This document shows, piece after piece, positions 47,328 to 56,836 of a stretch of 64,000 bases of DNA. Source of the stretch: an uncultured Actinomycetes bacterium (GTDB lineage: Bacteria; Actinomycetota; Actinomycetes; Mycobacteriales; Jatrophihabitantaceae). The stretch's first letter is position 1. Each line of letters starts with the position of its first letter. Under the pieces are notes generated by a model. The model saw only the letters and a program-made list of their open reading frames with translations, did no database searches and had not been told where the DNA came from. The translations under genes and the position numbers were made by a program. The stretch spans positions 10,186 to 74,185 of the forward strand of contig CAVTEA010000016.1 of NCBI GenBank assembly GCA_963733615.1. Direction: 5' to 3'.

Positions 47328-49885
47328 GTGCAGAGCGAGCTGCGTCGTCGTCGGCAACGGCATGGTCGGCCAGCGGCTCGTCGAGGCGCTGCGCGACCGC
47401 GACACCGCGGCACCGTGGCGGATCACCGTGCTGGCCGAGGAGAGCCGCGCCGCGCCTACGACCGGGTCGCGCTGTCGTCGCTACTTCGACGGCGTCACGC
47501 GCGGACGACCTCGATCTCGTCGCGCGACGGCTGCTACGACAGGCCGCTACGCGCTGTACCTCGACGAGGCGGTCGCTGCGCATCGACCGGGACGGCCCGG
47601 GCCGTCACGACCGGACGCGGGCGTACGGATCGGCTACGACGCGCTGGTGCTGGCCACCGGCTCGTACCCGTTCGTCCCGCCGGTGCCCGGCCACGACCTG
47701 CCGGGCTGCTTCGTCTACCGCACCCTCGACGACCTCGACGCGATCCGGGCGGCCGCGGCGGCGGCCGCAGCGCGCACCGGGCGGCGGGCCGGCCTGGTCG
47801 TCGGCGGCGGGCTGCTCGGCCTCGAGGCGGCGCGCGCGCTGCGGCTGCTGGGCCTGTCCCCGCACGTCGTCGAGCTCGCGCCGCGGCTGATGCCGCTGCA
47901 GGTGGACGAGGGCGGCGGGCAGCTGCTGCGCCGAGCTGATCGAGGAGCTCGACGTCACCGTGCACTGCGGCACGTCGGTCGGCCGGCATCGAGCCGCGAC
48001 GGCGACCGGCTGCTGGCCACCCTGGCCAACGGCACCGAGCTCGACCTCGACCTGGTGGTGTTCTCCGCCGGCGTGCGCCCCCGCGACGAGCTCGCCCGCG
48101 ACGGCCGGACTGGCGGTCGGCGACGCGCGGCGGCGTCGTCGTCGACGACGCGTGCCGGACCGCCGACGAGCACATCTACGCGATCGGCGAGTGCGCCTGC
48201 ATCGACGGCCGCGTGTACGGCCTGGTCGGCCCGGGCTACGCGATGGCCGAGGTGGTCGCCGACCGGCTGCTCGGCGGCGCCGGCGACGTTCGCCGGCGCC
48301 GACACCGTCCACCAAGCTCAAGCTGCTCGGCGTCGACGTCGCGAGCTTCGGCGACGCGCTCGCGACCACCGAGGGCGCGCTCGAGGTCACGCTCAACGAC
48401 CCGGTCGCGCGGCAGCTACGCGAAGCTCGTCGTGTCCGACGACGCGACGACGCTGCTCGGCGGCATCCTGGTCGGCGACGCGCTCGCGGTACGCGACGCT
48501 GCGCCCGCTGGTCGGCCGGCCGCTGCCGGGCGATCCGGTCGCGATGATCGCGCCGTGCCGGCGCGGCGAGTCGGCGTCGGCGCGCTGCCCGACGACGCGC
48601 AGGTCTGCTCGTGCAACGCCGTCACGCAAGGGCGACGATCTGCGCGGCGATCGCCGAGCACGGGCCTGACCGACGTCGCCGAGCGTCAAGGCCTGCACCA
48701 GGGCCGGCACCGGCTGCGGCTCGTGCGTGCCGCTGCTCAAGACGCTGCTGGCCGAGAGCGGCGTCGCGACGAGCACGGCGCTGTGCGAGCACTTCGCGCA
48801 TACCCGGGCCGCAGCTGTTCGACATCGTCCGGGTACCGAGCGATCACGCACGTTCACCGAGCTCGTCGAGCGGCACGGCACCGGGCGCGGCTGCGACATC
48901 TGCAAGCCGGCCGTCGCCTCGATCCTGGCCAGCCTGGGCAGCGGCCACATCCTCGACGGCGAGCAGGCGGCGCTGCAGGACACCAACGACCACTTCCTGG
49001 CCAACCTGCAGCGCAACGGCACGCTACTCGGTCGTGCCGCGCATCCCGGGCGGCGAGATCACGCCGGAGAAGCTGCATCGTGATCGGCGAGGTCGCCCGC
49101 GACTTCGGCCTCTACACGAAGATCACCGGCGGGCAGCGCATCGACCTGTTCGGCGCCCGGGTCGAGCAGCTGCCCGCGATCTGGCGGCGGCTCGTCGACG
49201 CCGGCTTCGAGTCCGGCCACGCCTACGGCAAGGCGCTGCGCACGGTGAAGTCCTGCGTCGGCTCGACCTGGTGCCGCTACGGCGTGCAGGACTCGGTCGG
49301 CGCTCGCCATCGACGCTCGAGCTGCGCTACCGCGGCCTGCGCGCGCCGCACAAGATCAAGGCCGGCGGTCTCCGGCTGCGCGCGCGAGTGCGCCGAGGCC
49401 CAGAGCAAGGACGTCGGCGTGATCGCCACCGAGAACGGCTGGAACCTCTACGTCGGCGGCAACGGCGGCTTCCGGCCGCGGCACGCCGACCTGCTGCTGC
49501 ACCGACGTCGACACCGACGACGCTGGTCCGCACCATCGACCGGTTCCTGATGTTCTACATCCGCACCGCCGACCGGCTGCAGCGCACGGCGCCGTGGATC
49601 GAGTCGCTTCGGAGCGGCGGGCTGGCTCGACTACCTGCGGGCGGTGATCGTCGACGACGCGCTCGGCATCTGCGCCGAGCTCGACGCGGCGATGGCCGAG
49701 CACGTCGGCGGCTACGCGACGAGTGGGCCGGCGTGCTGGACGACCCGCAGCGGCTGGCGCCGGTTCGTCTCGTTCGTCAACGCCCCGGACACGCCCGGAC
49801 CCGAGCATCACGCTTCGTCAGCGAACGGGGCCAGCCGCGGCCCGCCCTGCCGCTGGCGGCTGGTGCCGATGACCGCCGGCCGTGA
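47328..49885 (+). pseudogene. nirB: NAD(P)H-dependent assimilatory nitrite reductase large subunit, heavily frameshifted
   Basis: Pieces in several frames are [144 protein letters not shown] and GWNLYVGGNGGFRPRHADLL. Confidence 0.8.
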
Positions 49886-50239
49886 CGACGCGACCGATCG
49901 ACGTGGGTGGCCGCGTGCCCGATCGACGCGGATGCCAGCCCGAACGCGGCGTCGCGGCGCTGGTCGACGGGCGAGCAGGTGCGCTCTGTTCCGTACCTAT
50001 GACGGGCACGCTGTACGCGCTCGGACAACCTGGACCCGTTCAGCGGTGCGTACGTGCTCTCCCGCGGCATCGTCGGCACCCGCGGCGACGTGCCGACGGT
50101 CGCATCCCCGCTGCACAAGCAGGCATTCGACCTGCGCACCGGCGTCTGCCTGGACGAGGACACCGCGTCAGCCGTTGCCGACGCACCCGGTGCGGGTGCG
50201 CCGGACGGCCGAGGTCGAGGTCCGAGCGTGCGGCACTGA
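49882..50239 (+). pseudogene. nirD: Nitrite reductase small subunit (Rieske-like NirD), frameshifted
   Basis: The GTG at 49882 overlaps the nirB stop (GTGA). Pieces are PERGVAALVDG, GTLYAL and VLSRGIVGTRGDVPTVASPLHKQAFDLRTGVCLDEDT (ORF 50054..50239), in different frames. Confidence 0.75.
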
Positions 50240-50242
50240 GCC

Positions 50243-51447
50243 GGCGATCGGAGCCGCTGGCCGGCTACACCGTCGGCATCACCGCGGCCCGGCGCCGCGA
50301 GGAGCTCGGGGCGGCGCTGGAGCGGCGCGGCGCCAAGGTCGTGTACGCGCCCGGCGATCCGCATCGTCCCGCTCGCCGACGACACCGACTGCTGGCCGCC
50401 ACCGAGCGCTGCCTGGCCGCGCCGCTCGACATCGTCGTCGCCACCACCGGGATCGGCTTCCGCGGCTGGATGGAGGCGGCCGACGCCTGGGGCCTGGCCG
50501 ACGCCGCTGTTCGAGCGCCTCGACGCGGCCACGCTGCTGGCCCGCGGGCCCAAGGCGCGCGGGGCCGTGCGGGCGGCCGGGCTGCGCGAGGCGTGGTCGC
50601 CGGAGTCCGAGTCGTGCAGCGAGGTGCTCGAGCACCTGCTGCGCCAGCCGACCTGACCGGCCGGCGCGTCGCGGTGCAACTGCACGGCGAGCCGCTGCCC
50701 GATCTCGTCGCAATCCCTCGCGGCGGCCGGCGCCGACGTGATCGAGGTGCCCGTCTACCGCTGGGTGCCGCCGGATGACATGACGCCGCTGCGCCGGCTG
50801 GTCGGCGCCGTCGCCACCCGGCAGGTCGACGCGTCGCGTTCACCAGCGCCCCGGCCGCGGCGAGCTTCCTGCACGCGGCCGACGACGAGCTCGGGCACGC
50901 CGTCGACGCGCTGCGCTCGGGCGTCGCTGGCCTGCTGCGTCGGGCCGGTGACGGCCGCGCCGCTGCAGCGCGCCGACGTCCCGGTCATCGCAGCCGGACC
51001 GGCCGCGCCTCGGGGCGCTGGTCCGCGAGATCGTCGAGCAGGTGCCGGCCCGCTGCGGACTGGTGCTGCCGGCGGCCGGCCACACGCTCGGCGTGCGCGG
51101 CCACGCGGTCGTGGTCGACGGCACGATGGTGCCGCTCGGCGCGACGGCAATGTCGCTGCTGCGCGATGCTCGCCCACCATCCCGGACAGGTCGTGTCGCG
51201 GGCGCAACTGCTCGCCGCGCTGCCGAACGACGGGCAGGACGAGCACGCCGTCGAGGTCGCCATCGGGCGGCTGCGCACCGCGCTCGGCGACCCGCGCATC
51301 GTGCAGACAGTCGTCAAGCGCGGCTATCGGCTGGCCTATGAGCCCGAGCGCGCTGGATCCTGCACCACCGACGAGGTGAACGTCGAAGCGGCGCCGGCGT
51401 ACGCCGTGTCCGCACGGCATACCTGGATTTGCCGAGCGACCAGCTGA
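50243..51447 (+). pseudogene. Uroporphyrinogen-III synthase (HemD-like) fused to a C-terminal OmpR-type winged-helix domain, frameshifted
   Basis: Pieces are LAGYTVGITAARRREELGAALERRGAKVVYAP, LDIVVATTGIGFRGWMEAADAWGL, IEVPVYRWVPPDD and the C-terminal QVVSRAQLLAALPNDGQDEHAVEVAIGRLRTALGDPRIVQTVVKRGYRLA, read in at least 4 frames. Confidence 0.7.
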
Positions 51448-51497
51448 GCGGCCGGCCGAGCGACCAGATCAGCAGGCGACGGGAGTATCCGACCAAC

Positions 51498-53128
51498 GGC
51501 TCTGGCGCACTTTCGGTGGTTGGTCGGGCGTGTCGGCGGCCGGCGCGGGATCTCTTGTTGATCACGATCGTGCGTGATCGATGCGGATGTGGTGGTCGGG
51601 ACGGTCTTTTCGGGGTTGACGGCGTTGACGATCTACGGGATCGAGGACGCTGGCGAGGTGATTGTGGTGCACGCTCGCACCCGTGGCGGCGCGGTGAAAT
51701 GCCCGAGCTGCGGCACCCTCACCGGGCACGTCCACGCGTTCGGTGAGCGGGTGCCGGCGGACGTGCCTGTCGACGGACGGCGGGTGCTGGTCCGTGTTCG
51801 GGTGCGACGGATGCGCTGCCGGGCCGAGGACTGCGCGAGACAGACGTTCCGCGAACAGGTTCCTGGTGTGCTGGAGCGCTATCAACGCCGGACAGTGCGG
51901 CTGAATGCGCAACTGCGCAGCGTGGTGCGGGAGCTGGCCGGCCGCGCCGCGGCCCGGCTACTGCCGGTGATGGGCATCGTCGCGGGCAAGGACACGGCGG
52001 TGCGTGCACTGCTGGGCATCGCGCTACCTGAGCGTCCGGTGCCGCGGGTGTTGGGGATCGATGACTTCGCGCTGCGGCGCAGCCGCCAGTACGCCACGGT
52101 GGTGATCGACGCCGAAACCGGCGAGCGGATCGATGTGCTGCCCGGTCGCGGCGCCGGCGTGGTCAGCGACTGGCTACGTTCCCATCCCGGCGTCGAGGTC
52201 GTGTGCCGCGACGGGTCGAGCACCTATGCCCAAGCCGTCCGCGACGCGTTACCGAGCGCGGTGCAGGTGGCCGACCGCTGGCACCTATGGCACGGTCTCG
52301 CCGAGGCTGCGCTGAAGGAAGTCGCGGCCCACTCAGCCTGCTGGGCCGGAGCAACCGGCGTCCAGAACGGGCCACTGGCCCGCACAACGTCCGAACGCTG
52401 GCATCAGGTGCACGACCTGCTCAAGCAAGGTCACGGGCTGCTGGAGTGCTCGCGGCGGCTGAATCTGTCGCTGAACACTGTCAAGCGGTATGCCCGAGCC
52501 AGCGAACCGACTCGGATGCAGCGCGTGCCGAAATACCGCCCCACGTTGGTCGATCCCTACCGCGATCACCTCCGACAGCGGCGCGCTGAGCAGCCTGGCG
52601 TGCCCGTGACGCAGCTGCTAGCCGAGATCCGTCAGCTTGGTTACCCGGGCAGCGCGAACCTGCTGACCCGCTACCTCAACCAGGGCCGCGCCGAGGACAA
52701 GCAACAACATCTCTCACCCCGGCGCGCGGCTCGCCTGCTGCTGACCAGACCGGCCAATCTCACCGACCGGCAACGCGAGCGTCTCCACCAAATCGCCGAC
52801 GCGTGTCCCGAAATCGCCGCTGTCCGCAACCTTGTCGCCGCGTTCGCCGCGTTGCTCACACCCGAGCAGGACAATCCAGCCAGGCTGCAGGCGTGGATGG
52901 ACGCGGCACGCAGCAGCGACCTGCCGCACGTGCATTCCTTCGTCCGCGGGCTCACCCAGGACATCGAGGCCGTCAACGCCGCGCTGAGAACGCCGCACCA
53001 CAACGGCAGAACCGAGGGCGTCAACACCAGAACGAAAATGATCAAACGACAGATGTACGGCCGCGCCGGCTTCGAGCTTCTTCGACACCGAATCCTTCTC
53101 GGCTAACCACCGAAAGTGCGCCAGAGCC
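51498..53128 (+). mobile_element. ISL3-family insertion sequence, copy A
   Basis: The terminal IRs are GGCTCTGGCGCACTTTCGGTGGTT (51498) and AACCACCGAAAGTGCGCCAGAGCC (ending at 53128). They enclose an intact 510-aa transposase ORF. Confidence 0.9.
51574..53106 (+). CDS. ISL3-family transposase (copy A)
   Basis: Intact 510-aa ORF with N-terminal zinc-ribbon CPSCG...H, DDFALRRSRQYATVVIDAETGERIDVL, VADRWHLWHGL and the C-terminal HHNGRTEGVNTRTKMIKRQMYGRAGFELLRHRILL, typical of ISL3. Confidence 0.9.
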   Translation: MIDADVVVGTVFSGLTALTIYGIEDAGEVIVVHARTRGGAVKCPSCGTLTGHVHAFGERVPADVPVDGRRVLVRVRVRRMRCRAEDCARQTFREQVPGVLERYQRRTVRLNAQLRSVVRELAGRAAARLLPVMGIVAGKDTAVRALLGIALPERPVPRVLGIDDFALRRSRQYATVVIDAETGERIDVLPGRGAGVVSDWLRSHPGVEVVCRDGSSTYAQAVRDALPSAVQVADRWHLWHGLAEAALKEVAAHSACWAGATGVQNGPLARTTSERWHQVHDLLKQGHGLLECSRRLNLSLNTVKRYARASEPTRMQRVPKYRPTLVDPYRDHLRQRRAEQPGVPVTQLLAEIRQLGYPGSANLLTRYLNQGRAEDKQQHLSPRRAARLLLTRPANLTDRQRERLHQIADACPEIAAVRNLVAAFAALLTPEQDNPARLQAWMDAARSSDLPHVHSFVRGLTQDIEAVNAALRTPHHNGRTEGVNTRTKMIKRQMYGRAGFELLRHRILLG

Positions 53129-53164
53129 GCTAACTTGACACGCTCTCGACTGGGCACCCGGGCG

Positions 53165-53637
53165 CGGGCACTGGCTACTGGCCCGCCGCTCGATCAGCGA
53201 CCCAACCGAGATCGCCTACTACATCTGCTACGGGCCCCGCCGATCCAGTCTGGTGGACCTGGCCTGGATCGCCGGGTCCCGCTGGCGGGTCGAAGAGTGC
53301 TTCCAACAGGCCAAGAACGAGGCCGGTCTGGACCACTACCAAGTGCGCAGCTGGCGGGCCTGGTATGCCCACATCACCCTGTCCATGCTCGCCCTGGCCT
53401 GGCTTAGCGGCACCAAAGCCCTTGCCGCAAAAGGGGAATCGGCGTCCACGACCAAGACATGATCAACTACACGTTACCGGAGATCCGCCGCCTGCTCGTG
53501 CACCTCATCCTGCGACACACCCACCGACCCGACCACGTCTGGTCCTGGTCACGCTGGCGACGACGACGCCAACACCAAGCCCGCGCCAGCCACTACCGAC
53601 GACGCGGCTACCCACCCGAAGTGCCGTTGCAGTATTA
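53165..53637 (+). pseudogene. IS701-family (IS4-like DDE) transposase, C-terminal fragment with a frameshift near 53455, truncated by ISL3 copy A
   Basis: Pieces are RRSISDPTEIAYYICYGPRRSSLVDLAWIAGSRWRVEECFQQAKNEAGLDHYQVRSWRAWYAHITLSMLALAWL and, in another frame, INYTLPEIRRLLVHLI...WSWSRWRRRRQHQARASHYRRRG. Confidence 0.7.
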
Positions 53638-53646
53638 GAGCTCGTT

Positions 53647-53930
53647 TCAGAATGAGCGGTTGAGTTGTTGGTGGCAGATCAGGGCGCAGGCGAGTTGGAG
53701 TAGGCCGAGGTGGATGTCGGCGCGTCGTTCGTATCGGGGGCGGAGTCGTTTGAACTGATGGAGCCAGGCGAAGCCGCGTTCGACAACCCAGCGGACCTTG
53801 CCCAGTCCAGAACCGTGCGCGGTACCGCGGCGGGCGATGCGTGGCCGGATGCCGCGTGTGTCGAGCAGTCGGCGGTACTTGTCGAAGTCGTAGCCACGGT
53901 CGGCGAACAGCTCACGGGGCATCTCAGCCA
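53647..53930 (-). pseudogene. IS5-family (IS427-like) transposase, C-terminal fragment
   Basis: ORF 53647..54015 contains ADRGYDFDKYRRLLDTRGIRPRIARRGTAHGSGLGKVRWVVERGFAWLHQFKRLRPRYERRADIHLGLLQLACALICHQQL. This is the conserved tail of IS5-family DDE transposases, and the N-terminal part is absent. Confidence 0.75.
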
Positions 53931-54041
53931 CGTCTCGGTCGGGTGCGTAGCGAACTGGTTGAACTCGGCGATCTTTGTGGAAGCCTGGCACCATCGCTGG
54001 AATGTGCTGCGTCATTCGACGCCTCTCATCGCGTCATATGT

Positions 54042-54593
54042 ATGAGTCCAGGGGAAGGCCAAAGGGTGGAATGGGACGTGAGTTTTGTTGAGTTCGTCCG
54101 TGATCAGGCGGACGAACTGTATCGGGCGTCGTACCTTTTGGTCGGTGAGCCGTCCGGGGCAGCCGATCTGGTCCAGGAAACGCTGACTCGGCTGTATCCC
54201 AAGTGGGATCGGGTGTTGGGGGCCGATTCTGCCCTCGCGTACGTCCGCAAGGCGGTCGTGAATCAGTATTTGTCCGGGGCGCGACGATTGCGATCGAGGG
54301 AAGTTCTGCTGGCCGATGTGCCGGACACGGGCGTGGATGACGAGGTCGCGTCACGCTTCATGGATCAAGCCGTGCTTGATCGTCCGCTGGCCACCCTATC
54401 GCCGAAGCAGCGAACGGCGGTGGTACTTCGCTACTTCCACGACCTGTCCGATCACGAGTCAGCAGTTGTGATGGGCTGTTCTGTGCCGACGTTCCGTAGC
54501 CATCTTCGACGCGGCTTGGCGGCGCTTAGGAGGCAACTCACGACGAGCGAGACCCCGCCCGTAGACGGTCGTAATCTGAGGAGCCCACGATGA
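54042..54593 (+). CDS. ECF-type RNA polymerase sigma factor (actinobacterial SigE/SigM-like subgroup)
   Basis: The sigma-2 region is FVEFVRDQADELYRASYLLVGEPSGAADLVQETLTRLYPKWDRV. The sigma-4 HTH is LSPKQRTAVVLRYFHDLSDHESAVVMGCSVPTFRSHLRRGLAALRRQL. ATG at 54042 (alternative GTG at 54066). The region is visibly lower in G+C than the host. Confidence 0.85.
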   Translation: MSPGEGQRVEWDVSFVEFVRDQADELYRASYLLVGEPSGAADLVQETLTRLYPKWDRVLGADSALAYVRKAVVNQYLSGARRLRSREVLLADVPDTGVDDEVASRFMDQAVLDRPLATLSPKQRTAVVLRYFHDLSDHESAVVMGCSVPTFRSHLRRGLAALRRQLTTSETPPVDGRNLRSPR

Positions 54594-55246
54594 GCACCGA
54601 GTTCGAGCAACACCTGCGTGACCGACTGCGCCGCGCTGCCGAGACAGCGCCAAGCCAACCGGGACTACTTCGCCAAATTGAAGCCGGGACCGTCAGCGAC
54701 GCGTTGCCGGGGCTCCCGCATCGAACACGACTCCGCAGATGGCTGCCTCTGCTGGCTAGCGCGGCGATCGCCCTCACCGCCGCAACTGCCATCGCGCTTG
54801 CATCGGTGGCAAATCACCGCTCCGCGCCACCGGGGGTGGGAGCGTCGTTGTCATGCGGGGTGCTGCCGCAGGCGTGTCGGCTTTCGGCGCCACCGGCCGG
54901 CCACGCGAGTGATCAAGAGGCGCACCCATTACCGAAGGGCGCTACCTTGCTCACACGCAGTCAAGCCGAGGCACATGCTGTCGGAGCGAACCACATTACC
55001 TCGCGCACGTTCAGCGCCCTGATGACTGGTGCGCAAGCCGACGCTCGGTTCGAAGTCGGCCGCGCAAGCAGCTATGACGAGACACGGCCGGTCTGGGTTG
55101 TCACCGTCCACGCGTCTGTCGGGACCGACGGTGGACCAGGGGCACGTCCTACGAGAAAGGACGTGTATTCCATAGTTCTTGACGCTCACACCGGACGCAT
55201 AACAGACGCGTGCACGGGGTGCGCATGGCTAACTGCTAGCTTGTGA
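54590..55246 (+). CDS. Membrane-anchored sigma-factor partner (putative anti-sigma-like protein) with a conserved extracytoplasmic C-terminal domain
   Basis: ATGA-coupled to the sigma gene. The N-terminus EQHLRDRLRRAAE is followed by a single TM (WLPLLASAAIALTAATAIALASV). The C-terminal block RPVWVVTVHASVGTDGGP...KDVYSIVLDAHTGRITDACTGCAWLT is shared with 55386..56000. Confidence 0.65.
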   Translation: MSTEFEQHLRDRLRRAAETAPSQPGLLRQIEAGTVSDALPGLPHRTRLRRWLPLLASAAIALTAATAIALASVANHRSAPPGVGASLSCGVLPQACRLSAPPAGHASDQEAHPLPKGATLLTRSQAEAHAVGANHITSRTFSALMTGAQADARFEVGRASSYDETRPVWVVTVHASVGTDGGPGARPTRKDVYSIVLDAHTGRITDACTGCAWLTASL

Positions 55247-55385
55247 CGGCCGTCCGATCTCTCAGCACGTTGTATCGTGTCCCGCGTCTACAACACAGCA
55301 TCACTTTACGGCTGACGCTTCAGGGGCCTCGACAAATACTAATAGCGAATGGTCCAGCCGTTTGAAGTCTGCTCGGGCTGTTCGT

Positions 55386-56000
55386 TCACGAGCCCTGCGT
55401 TAGCCAGGCGCACCCGATGCACATGTCGGTCACTCTGCCACTGGCAGCATCGATCACGACCGAGAATGCATCCTTGGCTTTACCTGCAGCCGCTGGCCCG
55501 CCGTCAGTAGCCACGTGCGCGTGCACGGCGACGACCCAGACCGGTCGGCTCGAGTCATAAGACAGCGGACGCCCGATGCTGAATTTCGCGTCCGCTTGCA
55601 CACCGGACATCATTGCGCTGTATGTTGGAGACGTAATCGTCGAAGAACCAATTGCGACCGCCTCTGCACTGGCGCGGGCCATGAGTGCCGCGCCTTGTGG
55701 AATTGGGGCGGTTTCGGTCTCGCTCCCGAAGTCCTGCTTGTACGCGGCCGAATTGCAAATCTGGTGAGCTTGCATGCACGCCTTCAACGCAGGATCGTTT
55801 AGGCCTGTGTAGCCGGGTGGCACTGATGGCGAGTTCACACCTGAAGGTATCGGTCCCTCAGTCGGCGCGGCGCCAGGCGGTGGAGTGGTGTCGGTGCCGT
55901 GTGCCGAGGTCTGGCTGAGCAAGACAGCCGTGATGACTACTGCTACCGCACCGACAGTGATCTGCAGCGGTCGCTTGCGAAGTGCCTCAGCTATCTTCAT
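55386..56000 (-). CDS. Membrane-anchored paralog of the sigma partner's C-terminal domain (alternative GTG start at 56021)
   Basis: Single TM (LQITVGAVAVVITAVLL) and a Pro-rich linker. The C-terminal block is RPVWVVAVHAHVATDGGP...KDAFSVVIDAASGRVTDMCIGCAWLT. The ATG at 56000 shares one nt with the TGA of the upstream gene (TGATG). Confidence 0.65.
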   Translation of the reverse strand: MKIAEALRKRPLQITVGAVAVVITAVLLSQTSAHGTDTTPPPGAAPTEGPIPSGVNSPSVPPGYTGLNDPALKACMQAHQICNSAAYKQDFGSETETAPIPQGAALMARASAEAVAIGSSTITSPTYSAMMSGVQADAKFSIGRPLSYDSSRPVWVVAVHAHVATDGGPAAAGKAKDAFSVVIDAASGRVTDMCIGCAWLTQGS

Positions 56001-56752
56001 CAGTTCTTCCTCGCCTTCCACTCCGTCATGTACGGAGTCCAGCTGAAGCAGTACCCGTTAGGCCAGTTTGGTGTAACGCCATATTGGTTGCACGGGTAAT
56101 CGACCCAATCGACATGGTAGCCAAAAGGACCCCAAGCGCCCGATGTTGTTTCCGTCTGCAGCGATGTCCAGTCGCCTTGCGACGTGTGGGTCACTGGAGT
56201 CGGTTGATTCTGATTGTCCTCAAGGCCTACCTGAAATTGGAACCCTTGCCACCCGTTATTGGTTGGTTGGTTCGTTGACATTCCGATGTAATTTGCATCA
56301 AGGAATACGTCCCAATGATTGGTGCTTGATGCACGCTCAGTCGTGTAGGTGTGATGCGCAAGATCGATGCTGGCGTTCCCGAAGGTGTGGAGATGTTCGT
56401 TCCCAGCGGCATCAAAGTCCGCCCAGAACCATGTGTAGCCGGTATTGGTTCCCGTCACGTCTACGCCGTTTCGGAGGCCGAACTCTACCCACTGTGCGAG
56501 GTCTGCACGGGTGTAGAACCATTGCTCGGCATTCACGTGATAGGTGTTGACGTACGGAGCGCTGATATTCAGCGCGATATTATCGAATTCACTGTAACCG
56601 CCGGCGTATCGGTCGCTATGGGACCCGTCCAGGCATTCCGTCGCGCTGGGATTACCTCCGTGCGCGCAATCAGCTGACGCCGCCGGCACCCCAACGATCG
56701 CGGTGCCTATCAACGCCACACCACTTGCAATTAAGGCTGCGGTGAATCGCAC
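56000..56752 (-). CDS. Secreted hypothetical protein (250 aa), low-GC, Trp/Asn/Thr-rich, family unknown
   Basis: The signal peptide is MRFTAALIASGVALIGTAIVGVPAASA. The mature part has paired Cys near both ends (DCAHGG..ATEC; YPCNQ..GYC). My hand count on 200 nt gives about 52% G+C. It is translationally coupled to the downstream gene. Confidence 0.7.
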   Translation of the reverse strand: MRFTAALIASGVALIGTAIVGVPAASADCAHGGNPSATECLDGSHSDRYAGGYSEFDNIALNISAPYVNTYHVNAEQWFYTRADLAQWVEFGLRNGVDVTGTNTGYTWFWADFDAAGNEHLHTFGNASIDLAHHTYTTERASSTNHWDVFLDANYIGMSTNQPTNNGWQGFQFQVGLEDNQNQPTPVTHTSQGDWTSLQTETTSGAWGPFGYHVDWVDYPCNQYGVTPNWPNGYCFSWTPYMTEWKARKN

Positions 56753-56836
56753 CCTCCCACCCCCCTTTACCGTTGCGACGAGCTGCTAGAGGTTGTCCCG
56801 CTCCCCGTTGAACTTCGGTGGCAGTCCTCATGATCG

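Noticed and set aside
44575-48669. 1364-aa ORF, the longest in the track, which could be taken for a giant protein
   Set aside because: Its translation is mostly Arg/Ala/Pro-rich low-complexity sequence. Only short islands match nitrate or nitrite reductase peptides. The remaining islands of those proteins lie in the other two frames. It is an open frame created by ~78% G+C across several frameshifted genes.
56000-56752. Secreted 250-aa protein as a glutamic (G1/eqolisin-like) peptidase or lectin
   Set aside because: Segments such as AQWVEFGLRNG and HWDVFLD only loosely resemble G1 peptidase motifs. I could not align catalytic Gln/Glu residues with any confidence. It is left as unknown.
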